A stretch of 64,000 bases of DNA from Octopus sinensis (lineage: Eukaryota), in assembly GCF_006345805.1 (NCBI RefSeq), contig NC_042997.1, positions 170,376,001 through 170,440,000 of the forward strand. Reading direction: 5' to 3'. Both the position numbers and the translations under genes were made by a program. The notes beneath the pieces were generated by a model, which saw only the letters and a program-made list of their open reading frames with translations, was not told the DNA's origin and did not search any database. Shown in pieces: positions 50,845 through 62,039 of the stretch. How positions within the stretch are numbered: the stretch's first letter is position 1; every line of letters begins with the position of its first letter.

Positions 50845-51210
50845 TTAAATGATGATGATGATGATGATGATGATCTCTCCCACCTCTCTCTCTCACATGG
50901 TTGTTGAGGTGTTTTTCAATGGAACATAACACTACAGCTCTGAAGTATAATATGCTGTTATAATAATGTTGCAAACGTTATTAGGTTGATTATACAGAGT
51001 AACACAGAAGTCTTGTATGTAGATATGGACACCTAATTATTAACGATACTAACATTAGATCAATAGAATATCAAAGACTAAACAGACTTTTCATATCAAA
51101 TACTGTTAAATAAAAGATATAGAATGAAACAAAAGTAGAGTGTGTATGTGTTGGGAAGGAGGTAAAATGATTGAGCAGAGTTGTTTGATTCGTAGGTGCA
51201 GCTTTAACAA

Positions 51211-51790
51211 TCATCATCATCATCATCATCATTTAACATCCGCTTTCCATGCTAGCATGGGTTGGATGGTTTTGACTGAGGGCTGGCGAACCAGATGGCT
51301 GCACCAGGCTCCAATCTTGATCTGGCAGAGTCTCTACAGCTGGATGCCCTTCCTAATGCCAACCACTCCAAGAGTGTAGTGGGTGCTTTTAAAGTACCAC
51401 CGGCATGGGGGCCAGTCAGGCGGTACTGGCAATGACCTTGCTTGAATCTTTTTACACATGCCACCGGCACATGTGCCAGTAAGGCGACGCTGGTAACGAT
51501 CACACTCGAATGGTGCCCCTTTGCATGCCACCGGCACAGAAGCCAGTTAGCCGTTCTGGCAATGATCATGCTTGGATGGTGCTCTTGGCACCCTACTAGC
51601 ACAGGGCACAATTGCCAGTAAGGCTACGCTAGTAACGATCACACTTGAATGGTGCCTTTTATGTGCCACTGGCACGGAAGCCGGTTAGCCGCTCTGTCAA
51701 CAATCACACTCGTATGGTGCTCTTTGCACCCCGCTAGCACGTATGCCAGTCATCGAATTTGATTTTGATTTTGATTTTGATTTCACTTGC
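51211..51790 (-). mobile_element. RTE 3'-tail fragment with about 6 UTR units
   Basis: shared tail. Confidence 0.85.
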
Positions 51791-52561
51791 CATGTTTAAG
51801 TTTATAAGCTTAACAGTTTCCCAAATTCAATGAAATCCTTGTATTATGAAAGGCATAAATGGTTGAATAGAGAGATACTGGGCAACTTGTTTAATGATAA
51901 TAATGGTGGCTTGTATGAGCTGATGACTGGGCTGATTTCTAAAATAAATAAATTCGATTAATCAACTACTTAAGTATGAGCTAATGAGGAAGCCTGGGAC
52001 AATGATAGATCCTCTTTCATTCTACCTTCTAGAAAAAGTAGCTGAATGTTATTCTAATCACCTTCTTTTTTTTTTAAAAAAGGGAAAGAAAGGAGGAGAC
52101 AGTGGATAATGTAATTGTAGATGCAATATGTTTGAAAAAAGATGGAATGATTTTAGCACAACCTTTGGCCATAGGTCTGCTGTATCAGAACTGACTTGGA
52201 GCTAAGCAATAATAACTAAGGATTTAGGAGAGCGGTAAATTCTAACAGGACCCAGAGGTCTTTCTTTCACTAAATAATCATGGTTATAATGAAGATATCT
52301 CAAAAACATTGTTGCAACAATATTGTTTTGTAGGCCTTACAGCTTATGTAGATAGTTACATGCAAGCTAACATAAATGTAGTGAGCTGTACAAGAGATTT
52401 TAGTCCATAAAAGTTACAGCTATAATAATAGGGGAAAGCATTTGTTGTTAATGATGCTTTTTGTCAAGGAATGTAAAGGAGAGAACTTTGGAATTTAAAT
52501 TGATTAAAATTAAGTGGATACACATAGTGGGGAGTGAGTCTGACTTTCGGTAAGTATAGTG

Positions 52562-52609
52562 ACAACTTTGGACATGTTTCAGTCTTACTAGACCTCCTCA
52601 GCAAATTAT
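52562..52609 (-). ncRNA. Minimal type I hammerhead ribozyme motif (Penelope-type)
   Basis: AUAAUUUG-CUGAGGA-GGUCU(AGUA)AGACU-GAAAC-AU-GUC/CAAAGUUGU: full core, stems I-III. Confidence 0.72.
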
Positions 52610-52844
52610 GGTCTAACACATAAATACCAGATCTTAGACTGACTGAGAGGATATAGTTTTTATATTAGGATTAATCAGTGTCATTTAAAATAATGATATT
52701 GGAAAATTTACCAAGAATGCATGAAGAATACATAATTAGGTGCAGACTAATATACTTAATGTAGTGATTCATGGTGTACTCTAATTCTAATTTCAACTCT
52801 AACGCTAATCCTACTCAAACACAATCTAGCACAAATTATAGGAT

Positions 52845-53105
52845 CATTATTATCATCATCATTTAATGTCCGTTTTCTATGCCAGCATGGGTTGGATGGT
52901 TCGACTGGGGTCTGAAAAGCCAGGAGGCTGCACCAGGCCTCAGTCTGATCTGGCAGTGTTTCTACAGCTTGATGCCCTTCCTAATGCCAATTACTCCATG
53001 AGTGTAGTGGGTGCTTTTTACATGCCACTGGCACAGGTGCCAGGGGAGGCAGGCAACAGCCACGATTGGTTGGTGCTTTTTACGTGCCACTGGCACGGAA
53101 GCCAA
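52845..53105 (-). mobile_element. RTE 3'-tail fragment
   Basis: shared tail. Confidence 0.83.
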
Positions 53106-53146
53106 AAATGAAAAACTTACAGCCTTTATGCCAACTGTTACAATTC

Positions 53147-53337
53147 AAATGTTGGTACCATTTAAGAAGAGCTGTCCCGGTGCATGCACTCATGCTAGCT
53201 AGTCGATCCTTACTTTGTTTTTTTGTTTTATTTACTTTGCTAGGTAGTCGTTGTAGGATCAACTAGTCACGACTAGCTAGCGCGGATGTGCGAGTACACA
53301 CACCGGGACCACTCTTCTTAAATAGTACCCAAATATT
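53147..53337. repeat. Imperfect palindrome / MITE-like element
   Basis: ggtaccatttaagaagagctgtcccggtg vs caccgggaccactcttcttaaatagtacc. Confidence 0.7.
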
Positions 53338-53719
53338 TACTTCACAATGTAATTCCAAGATGTTTAAGTTCCCATATAAAGGATGCCAACAATGTATTGT
53401 TTTGTAGTGAATAGCAATATTTTTTAAGATGCATACCCTCAATGAGACCCCACCACTCTGGTTAAGAATCCCAACAGTTGAGAGGATCAAACCTTCAATC
53501 CAATAGATCTAGGTTGGTTCAGTCACAAGGAATAAGACTTGTCCAAATATGCTTGAATCTGGAAGACTGAGCATCGAGAAAAAAGAGATCTGAAGTGTCT
53601 AATAATCTAATTTTCAAGTCTTATAGAAAATGAAAAAAGAAAAAAAAAAAGAAAAGAGGGCACTGGGGAGAATATTTTCTTGAGGTACTAAAAGTTTGGC
53701 TTTTGTCTCTTTCTTCCAG

Positions 53720-53817
53720 GTGGAAAGATTGTCTGAGACTGTGTGATGCTCTTGGCACCAAAAATAATTGGGAGGTTGTAGCAGAAGCAGCTCTAAGAAA
53801 CCTTGAAATTGATGAAG
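53720..53817 (+). CDS. WDR19: WDR19 exon, WKDCLRLCDALGTKNNWEVVAEAALRNLEIDE
   Basis: ttcttccag / AAG|gtactg; aligns to [31 protein letters not shown]; 98 nt. Confidence 0.88.
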
Positions 53818-53889
53818 GTACTGTACTTTTTGATCATCCCTATTTCTATCTGTTTATTACTTAGTTTGTCTGTTGTTGTTAATGATGGT

Positions 53890-54120
53890 CAGGGACATCA
53901 CAGTGGAAAAGGAGACGGGTTACAGTGTGTCTGGCTGTGGTTGATCAGTCTGATGCGTACTTTGACGGCCCTGCTGCAGGTCAGGCACAGGTGGTCTGCT
54001 GGGACTGAAAGCAAAGCGTTGTCTCTGGACTTGTGCTGTTCATATTTTCTTTGTGTCTTTGCAATCCTGTTATGTTCGTGGCAGCTTTGATAGGCAGGCC
54101 GGTCTTTTCCCTAACATGTC
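53890..54120 (-). mobile_element. 3' fragment of a second RTE family with C-terminal C2H2 zinc finger
   Basis: minus translation HLCLTCSRAVKVRIRLINHSQTH resembles the RTE CxxCGRxFxxRIGLxSHxRTH terminus. Confidence 0.6.
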
Positions 54121-55249
54121 TCTCCAGACCTAAATTCTATATATTAACGCATTTTAGCTTAACGTTTTTCTTTAATATGACTTCATATGTTTCAAGAACA
54201 TACAGATAAAAGCATAGTGTAACAGTAAGCTAATAATGCTCAAACTGCTAGAAACAGCAATCAAGCTCTACTGTTTGCTTTGGCATGGTTTCTACAGTTG
54301 GATGCCTTTTCTTATGCCAACCACTTTACAGTGTGTAGTGGATGCTTCTTAAATGGCACCAGCACCAGTGGTGTCACCAAGTAACTTGCAAGACAAAGAT
54401 CCTTTGACTGGGATGGAGGGTAGTATTGAGGAAGTGGTTTTGTGCCAGTTGATGAGAGGTTAAAATATAGTAGAGAGACGGAGATATGTGTCTTGCTGTT
54501 GAGGAAATTCATAGCTACCCAAATTGGAAACGAAAGGAAAGAAAGACAGAGAAAGAGTTAGGGAGAAAGAGAGAGTTAGAGAGAGTCAGAGAGAAAGAGA
54601 GAGTTAGAGAGCAAGGGAGACAGAGAGATGGTAGTGAAGATATATCAGGACATACTCTCAAGGTACTGTGGTGGAGGTGCACAAGTGTGTATCTGTGTAC
54701 GTGTACATGTGTGCGTGTGTATGTGCATGCATGTGCATGTGTACCCTTGTAAATGAGCATCACCAATATACAATGTTGTTCATTTTCAGTTTGCCATAAA
54801 AAAAACATGTCTTGCCATGAGGTAGTGGAGTCCTACCTTTTTAAAATGATAGGATGTGATTTAAAAGAGACTTGATAGGATGTCAGTCTATCATCTAATA
54901 TAATAAATGTGAATATCAGTGTGTCAGTGTGTCAAACTTTTCAAACTTCACTCCTAAAGGCCATAGCCCAACATATCATACCATTTTGGAATCAAGCTGA
55001 CTCCGTGAGTAAATTAAAAACATTCTGAGCTGAATCCAGACCCACAATCCTGAAATTTGGGATTCCTAAGTTTTCATTACTGTGATTGTTTTTGGCAATT
55101 TATTTATGTAACTTTTTGTGACAAATTTTTTTGTACGATAACAATTTTTAAAACTTGGAAATAAATTTTGGGAATAATTGAAATTAATTGCGAAATCCAG
55201 CAATAATTTTTGGTGATTTTTTTTTTATGTGATTTTTTGCAACGAACAT

Positions 55250-55335
55250 GATCATCATTGGAATATGACTCTGGAGGAAGCAAATGCAACAAATTCTCCA
55301 AAACAAGTCAGAGATCTGTTTGCAGATCTTCCTAT
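55250..55335 (+). mobile_element. Helitron RepHel fragment
   Basis: DHHWNMTLEEANATNSPKQVRDLFA resembles the Helitron HWxxTLxEA...SPxQIRxLFA segment. Confidence 0.55.
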
Positions 55336-55965
55336 TCAGGGTCAGTAGATTAAAAGCTAGTACGTAATATTCCTTGATAATCTGGTACTTATTTCAGATA
55401 GTTGGCTGACCTAGGGTAGTGCCCCAAAGCAAAACACAATATATGTAGTGGATTTGACTTCACATCATATCAGATAAATCAAATAGTCAAATACCTTGTG
55501 CACTCAACCCTCACTTGTGAATATGGGATGATGGTAGAGCATTATCATGAGAGGGTGCTAGAAGATATACAATATAGAAGTAATTATATGGTGAGGTTCA
55601 AGCTGTCTATAAAAATTCCATATTGCAGGCCTTTTCAAGCCATGCTAGCATGGTGAAAAGATGTTAAATTATTGGTGCTGATGTTTGTGGTATTGATGGT
55701 GGTGGTATTGATAAGGGTGATAGAGATGGTGTTGGCAGTGTTGCTAAGGATGTTGATTATGACAGTGTTGTTGAGGAATGTGCAGTGGAGAAAGAGGACA
55801 ATCAAAAGGAACTCTTTTATGTAGAAGTTATGAAAGTCAAATTAAGCCAGGAGTAAGAAGAGCAAAAAGAATTTAAATGCTTGTAATTGTGCTGTTAGAT
55901 GAATGAAATAGTTAAGAGTTAAAAGCTGACCTGTTCTCACATCCAATATCATCTGTCTATTGAAG

Positions 55966-56027
55966 CTATTGCGATCTATCGACAAATCAAATGCCCTGCT
56001 ATGGTGATGGATCTGAAGGAAATTGGG
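55966..56027 (+). CDS. WDR19: WDR19 exon, (A)IAIYRQIKCPAMVMDLKEIG
   Basis: ctattgaag / GGG|gtaaga; aligns to [21 protein letters not shown]; 62 nt. Confidence 0.88.
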
Positions 56028-56714
56028 GTAAGATTTTTGCTACTTCAAATGTTGCTTAATGTCAAATGTCACATTGATTTGTTATATTATATTGAATGCT
56101 ACGTAGCATGATTATCAAAGAGTCTCTATGTGAAAGCATGTTGAACGTTTGCAACATATTAATAATGTATTTATGATGCTAAATCTTACGGATCATATTA
56201 TGTAGAAAGGAATAAGACAAATAGGCAATATGCTGTATGGCAGATATATCCTAAATTGAAGGTGATGATGAAAGTGCACTTAACTATAGTTAGTCTTGAT
56301 TAGAATTTGTCAGAACTGTGCCTAATAAACATTCAATATGAGCAATGAGGGAAACATTGCTTGGTTGTTAACCTGTTCAAAATATATCAAATCTCCCTCA
56401 AACTACATCCTATCATCTTTTGAAAAATATAAGAATACACTGGATAATGCAGGATTAGATACATTATATCAAGAAAAGAAAAAAAAGCAGAATGGTAGGA
56501 TGATTATAGCTGAAGTACATTTCATTAATAGTTTGCTCAATAGGGTTGGCCTGGTGATAAATAACACTGCCAACAGAAACAGTTACTATTTACTATATGT
56601 TAAGAGCTTGTTTATTGACAGCTCAGAGTTACGTGTAGAAAGTCATGAGATAACATACAATTTTACTTGAAATCAATTATAAATTGTTGTCTTAACACAG
56701 GCTCATTCCCTTGA

Positions 56715-57130
56715 CATGCCACTTTGAACAACATAATTAGAAGGGACCTTGATGCAGCTGGCTTCCCATCTCAATTGGAGCCAGGTCTTGACTGTGAGGA
56801 TGGTAAGTGTGGGGACAGAATAACCCTCTTCCCATTTGAGAGAGGCAGATCCCTGCCTGGGGCATGATGTACAGTGACACATACTCCAGCTCCAACCTTG
56901 CTGTGTTGGCTGCAAACCTGGTATTGCCACCTGTAATGCAGAAGAAAGGAAAATCAATAAATATAGGTGTCTGCGCCATCAAGACCTTGGGTGTTCTTGG
57001 ACCCCACTATACTGATTTCCTCTGCAAAATTGAGGTAACAGTGGCCCATCTGAGAAATGAGCCCTGCGAGTTGGAATGGCTGCTGCAGTGTCACTGGCCA
57101 TTCTCTGTGGCAACATCATCACAATCATGT
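56715..57130 (+). mobile_element. CRE-clade non-LTR retrotransposon 3' fragment (restriction-like endonuclease region), frameshifted
   Basis: HATLNNIIRRDLDAAGFPSQLEPGL...DGK..DRITLFPFERGRSL, then SDTYSSSNL...AIKTLGVLGP...ELEWLLQ. Confidence 0.72.
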
Positions 57131-58885
57131 CTGTGGGGTGTGACTGAGCACACCCTTTCTCTCAGGTGTGTGGCCCATTGCCCCCTCTCCCTCCATCTTA
57201 TGCTGCTTAATCCTTTTTGTTCTTTTCTTTTTTTTCTTTTTCACTTTCTTTGTTTCTTTGTATTTAAATGTTATAATTTGAAATGTAATCAGTTGACTTA
57301 AAATAAAAATTTGTCATACAGGTTAGAAAAAAAAATGTATTATTATTATTCTGCACCAGCAAGACTAAATATTTTTGTAAACATTTCTATGACATATTAA
57401 ACAGTCTTTAACTATTTTCTATATTAGCAAAGGTCTTTTTTGGGGAAGGAAAATAACATGTTCATACTTTTTCCATAAATAGTCAGTGTGGTGTTATACT
57501 AAGATATGTCATAGCAGGTATGATCTTCAACCTGTATTGATGTAGGGAAAAAAATACATGGCATATAGAAAGGATCTTTACAAACTGGAATGAGGTAGTT
57601 TTCCATTACTAAGAGGAGAATTTTGACACTTAAGTTTGGGTGTTTTTTCTCTTGTGTACTTATTGAACTTATTATATGCTAGTGCTGACCATTATTAGCC
57701 TCCTTTGGTTTTACTATTTTACTCTCATACATAATATTTGTTGAGCTGACCAATAATTATAGCACTGCTTCTGGAGTCAAAGGATTTGCTCATATATCCC
57801 GTGGAAGGTGCTAGACAAAGTAACTGGGTAGGTGGAAGTAGTCTTGGTTTCCCCATAGAAACAATCATTGTTTAGTGTGAAGAAATCTCAGATGGTATAA
57901 AACAAAGGTGTGCTCCTGGCATTCTTTTCTCTAAAAAATTAATGGAAATTTTCATATGGCATCTTCAATGTAGAGTAAAGACAGCTAATTTCTTTAGCTA
58001 ACATTTTTTTATATAACTTTGTCAGAAGAGGGAGGGCAGTAACCATGACCTTTTTCAGGCCATAACTGAGTGTACTCTGCTAAAGACACCAAGGGCCAGG
58101 TAGTGGTGTTGAACTGGGCAATAGATTAAGACTACCATCTAAGAACAGGAACAGTCCTCCAGGAAAGTTTACTCACTGTTCTCATTTCCCAAATTTCACT
58201 CTTAAGGTTCTTAACAACCTAAGGCTATGGTAGATGTTTTGCTTTGGTGCCACACAGTAGCATTGAACCTGAGACCATGCAGTTGTGAAGCAAGTTTATT
58301 AACCTTGTAGTCATACCTGGATAAAGTTCAGAAACAGAAGATGAATATTTCCTGTTTTAATATTTACTGATGATTCTGTCCCATTTGCCAATACATTGGT
58401 AGCTTATTGCAGCCAATACCAGAAAAACAGATTGTCAGTTGTCATTGATGCTCAGAGAATGGACAGTTACTCTGTTTCCTAACACAGTTCTATCATAAAT
58501 GCCAACAACAAAACTGGCTAGGAGTTATTGGCTTGAATATGTAGAAATAGATTTAACTATTTATTTTGATTCTTGTGATAGAGTGTTAACATGACACTAT
58601 GACAAAATCAAGCTACATGTCTATAAAGTGTTGGTACTTTGAAAAGCTGTGGTATAGTGTGAAAGTTTGGATCCCAGAGAGTAAACACTCACTACCTGTG
58701 AGTATATCATCTATAGTGTTTTATAGATATATAAGATAAGAACCAGCAACAACTGAATGCATAAGTATGGGAACAGTGTACCACTTTCTCTTTAGTATTA
58801 AAGCAATTAAAACTTGACGGTGTCCCTTGCAAAATATTTTACACATAGAAAGCACAGAAAAATGACAAACAGTTTACAGAAAGGT

Positions 58886-59186
58886 TTTGTTTGTTCCTTC
58901 TCGAGCCATGCCTGGCTCATAAGGGCCGGTTTCCCAGTTTCTTGGCGTATAGGTTCTCCACCTGGACGGGATGCCGGTCTGTTGCAGGTGAATTGCAAGA
59001 TGAGGAAAGAGTGAGAGAAAGTTGTGGCGAAAGAGTCAGCAGAAGTTCGCCATTACCTTCTGCCGGAGCCGCGTGGAGCTTAGGTGTTTTCGCTCATTAA
59101 CACACATGTCACCTGGTCTTAGATTTGAACCCGCGATCCCTCGACCGCGAGTCTGCTGCTCTAACCACTAGGCCATGTGCCTCCAC
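58886..59186 (-). mobile_element. tRNA-headed SINE family C, full length, 13-bp TSD
   Basis: TSD tttacagaaaggt at 58873-58885 and 59187-59199; head ggcctagtggttagagc...gggttcaaatc; (CAAA)n tail. Confidence 0.9.
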
Positions 59187-59809
59187 TTTACAGAAAGGTG
59201 GGAAATCATGTACTTGTTGACCTATTAGATCCCTTATTAGTTATGTGTACCTTTCACTCTATATTCGGTTAATGACATGTGTGACTTGAGTGCAAGCTGA
59301 TCTGTTGGAATACTACTTAACTGGTAATTGTACAGAAAAGTTTCTGATGAGGAACCAGAGCTATGTACTGATGTTGAACCAATGAGAGAAGCCTCTATGT
59401 AGTTGCTTGACCTGATAGAAGTAGTAGTCAAATCCACCTCAGATCACTCACTCTACTGTTGTTTGTAGAGAAGATAATGCAGTCCTAGATACACAATTAC
59501 TGCATAAAAAACAGAAAGACAAGAAAATCAAGGACAAAATACCTTTGATCATATGTCTGCTTGATCAAGGTTGATCTGGAGCTAAACAACAGCAATATTA
59601 ACTGCTCTGGTGAATTGTACCAGACAGAACTTTATAATACAGATTTCATACAGGTGCATAAATGATTTTAATGTTCAAGAAATATTAGGATTAGAAAAGA
59701 CTGCAATTGGAAAATAAAACTCCCCAAAATATTGACATCCACTGTAGTATTTAGATATAAATGTTTAAACATGTATTGAAACATTATTTATGTATTTATT
59801 TAATCACAG

Positions 59810-59920
59810 AAAACTGAGGAATGGAATCTATTAATTGGTTATGTTGCCATGATTCTGAAAGAGTTCAATTTGGCACAAGAATCATTCTTGTCATCCACTC
59901 AACCAAAAGAAGCTTTAGAG
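59810..59920 (+). CDS. WDR19: WDR19 exon, KTEEWNLLIGYVAMILKEFNLAQESFLSSTQPKEALE
   Basis: taatcacag / GAG|gtaaaa; aligns to [37 protein letters not shown]; 111 nt. Confidence 0.93.
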
Positions 59921-60059
59921 GTAAAAATCCTTTCCCTAAATTGATGTTCCTATGCAAATTTTTGCCCTTTTTTATTCTTAATTCCTAACATTCTGGACTT
60001 TACTGTTGCTTTTTTTCAGAATTTAATATTCTTTTCTACTCTAAGTATAAGGCTTGAAA

Positions 60060-60160
60060 TTTTTGGGGAGGGGCCCAGTCAATTAGATCAACCCCAGTAT
60101 GCAACTGGTACTTAATTTATTGACCCTGAAAGGATGAAAGGCAGAGTTGACCTTAGCAGA
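60060..60160 (-). mobile_element. SINE family B partial copy; other partial copies near 49490-49640 and 63370-63490
   Basis: ctggtacttaatttattgaccctgaaaggatgaaaggcagagttgacc. Confidence 0.75.
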
Positions 60161-60358
60161 GAACTTAATATTGAAACAATATTTAATGGTCTCTTCTTTG
60201 GAGTGGATTTACTTAGACTGTTTGGAGGTTGATATTTTGATAAAGCATCTGGTTAGTGGTCAACAATGTTAATATTTCAAGACTGCATCACTTTAACTTA
60301 AGATTTTTAACAACAGAAATTGTGGGAGAAATTAACAGAAATTAACAACAGAAATTAA

Positions 60359-60590
60359 AGGTGGTGAGCTGGCAGAAACGTTAGCATGCTGGGCAAAATG
60401 CTCAGCGGTATTTCGTTTGCTGTTACGTTCCGAGTTCAAATTCTGCCAAGGTCGACTTTGCCTTTCATCCTTTCGGGGTTGATAAATTAAGTACCTGTTA
60501 TGCACTGGGGTTGATGTAATTGACTTAATCCCTTTGTCTGTCCTTGTTTGTCCCCTCTATGTTTAGCCCCTTGTGGGCAATAAAGAAATA
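60359..60590 (+). mobile_element. SINE family B, full length, 14-bp TSD
   Basis: TSD agaaattgtgggag at 60315-60328 and 60591-60604. Confidence 0.9.
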
Positions 60591-61440
60591 AGAAATTGTG
60601 GGAGTGTCTAGCACCATTTTATGTAGAGAATTTGGATTTCTGATTATCTATTACAACTACAACGATTGAGATTAATGTTGTTCAAAAAAAGCAAGACAAT
60701 ATTAACGCAGTGATCTAGTTGCAGCTGTTGCTGCTGTTTTTATATGGTAACCAGAGAGAGAGAGAGAGAGAGGAGAGGAAGAGAAGGAATAGTGCACATG
60801 ATCTTTTCAGGTCTGTCTAGGCTATCAGTTGACACATCTGTAGGTTGATGTCTATGGAAAAAATGTAGGCAATTTAGAATTCTCCATGGTTGCATTTCTG
60901 GAGAGGAAAGATTGGATTACATGTTTGATGTTGGGGTAGGAGGGGTTCAAAGAAAGGAGAGAGATGTAGGATGGATATAAGCCATTGTAATAGAAATATT
61001 AAGGATAGAATGAAGAAATTGTGTCTATGAACTTTTGATTAAAGTATGCTGGTGATTGAATCTTTGCAGATCAGTCAAATGGCCTTCTTTTAAATGCAGT
61101 TTAGATGTTTAAGTATAAATCATTATCACTCTCTCATTGATGTGGACAGTATTCTAACATGGATCTTTATTGGGTTTTGTAGAGGGTTAGCAAGTCTCTC
61201 TTTATACCATTGATGATATCAGAGAGAAAGGCAAAGGTCAATATTTAACTGAGACACACAGGATGCTTGCAAAGAAGTTTAACGAAATTTTGATGGATCC
61301 AGAGGTAACAACTAAATGGTTCATTGTAAGAAAACCATCTTAATCTCTAGATATACAGAAGCAATGGATCCATAACATGCTTCATAAAACCTTCAAAGCC
61401 TAGTTTGCAATTATATTGTAGAAATTTGAAGAAACATCTA

Positions 61441-61934
61441 TGAGGGGGTACTGAAAAGTTCCTGGCTTTAAGGAAAGGCCTGGCTGGAGGCCCAACCTTC
61501 CAAGTTCTTCTACAGGGCTTAGAAAAGCTGCAGGACTGCTGCAATAAGTATGTAAATCTGAGAGGGAAATATGTTGAATAAAATCATAATTAACTGATCC
61601 TCCTCCTCCTCCTCATCATCATTGTTTAACGTCTGTTTTCCGTGCTAGCATGGGTTGGGCAGTTCGACTGGGGTCTGGGAAGCCAGGAGGCTGCTCCAGG
61701 CTCCAGTCTGATCTGGCAGTGTTTCTACAGCTGGATGCCCTTCCTAATGCCAACCACTCCGTGAGTGTAGTGGGTGCTTTTTATGTGCCACTGGCACAGG
61801 TGCCAGGGGTGGCTGGCAGCGGCCACGATCGGTTGGTGCATTTTATGTGCCACCAGCACAGAAGCCAGTCAAGGCGGCGCTGGCATCCTGTATTTTATTT
61901 TACCCAATGCCAGGAACTTTTCAGCACCCTCTTG
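61441..61934. mobile_element. Mariner MITE carrying an RTE tail insertion (61610-61888, minus)
   Basis: TA-flanked TIRs tgagggggtactgaaaagttcctggc / gccaggaacttttcagcaccctcttg; uninterrupted relative at 28970-29167. Confidence 0.82.
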
Positions 61935-62039
61935 TAGATAAATGTAACCTGTTTAACAGAAGGGATACTGCAAAGGTTCATATGGCTTTAAAGATCACTG
62001 ACTAATTAACAAAGCAATAAATGAAGACTGCAAAAAGAA

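Noticed and set aside
59030-59085. HDV/CPEB3-like ribozyme words in SINE-C (AGC-UCCACGCG-GCU, GGUAAUGGCGAA, CUUCUGCUG)
   Set aside because: No P1 helix can be formed and the P2 strands are in the wrong order; it reads better as a simple 9-bp hairpin.
59100-59186. tRNA gene (also the SINE heads at 19396, 44862, 60359 and 62818)
   Set aside because: A/B boxes are present but the acceptor stems do not pair, and each continues into a SINE body with tail and/or TSD.
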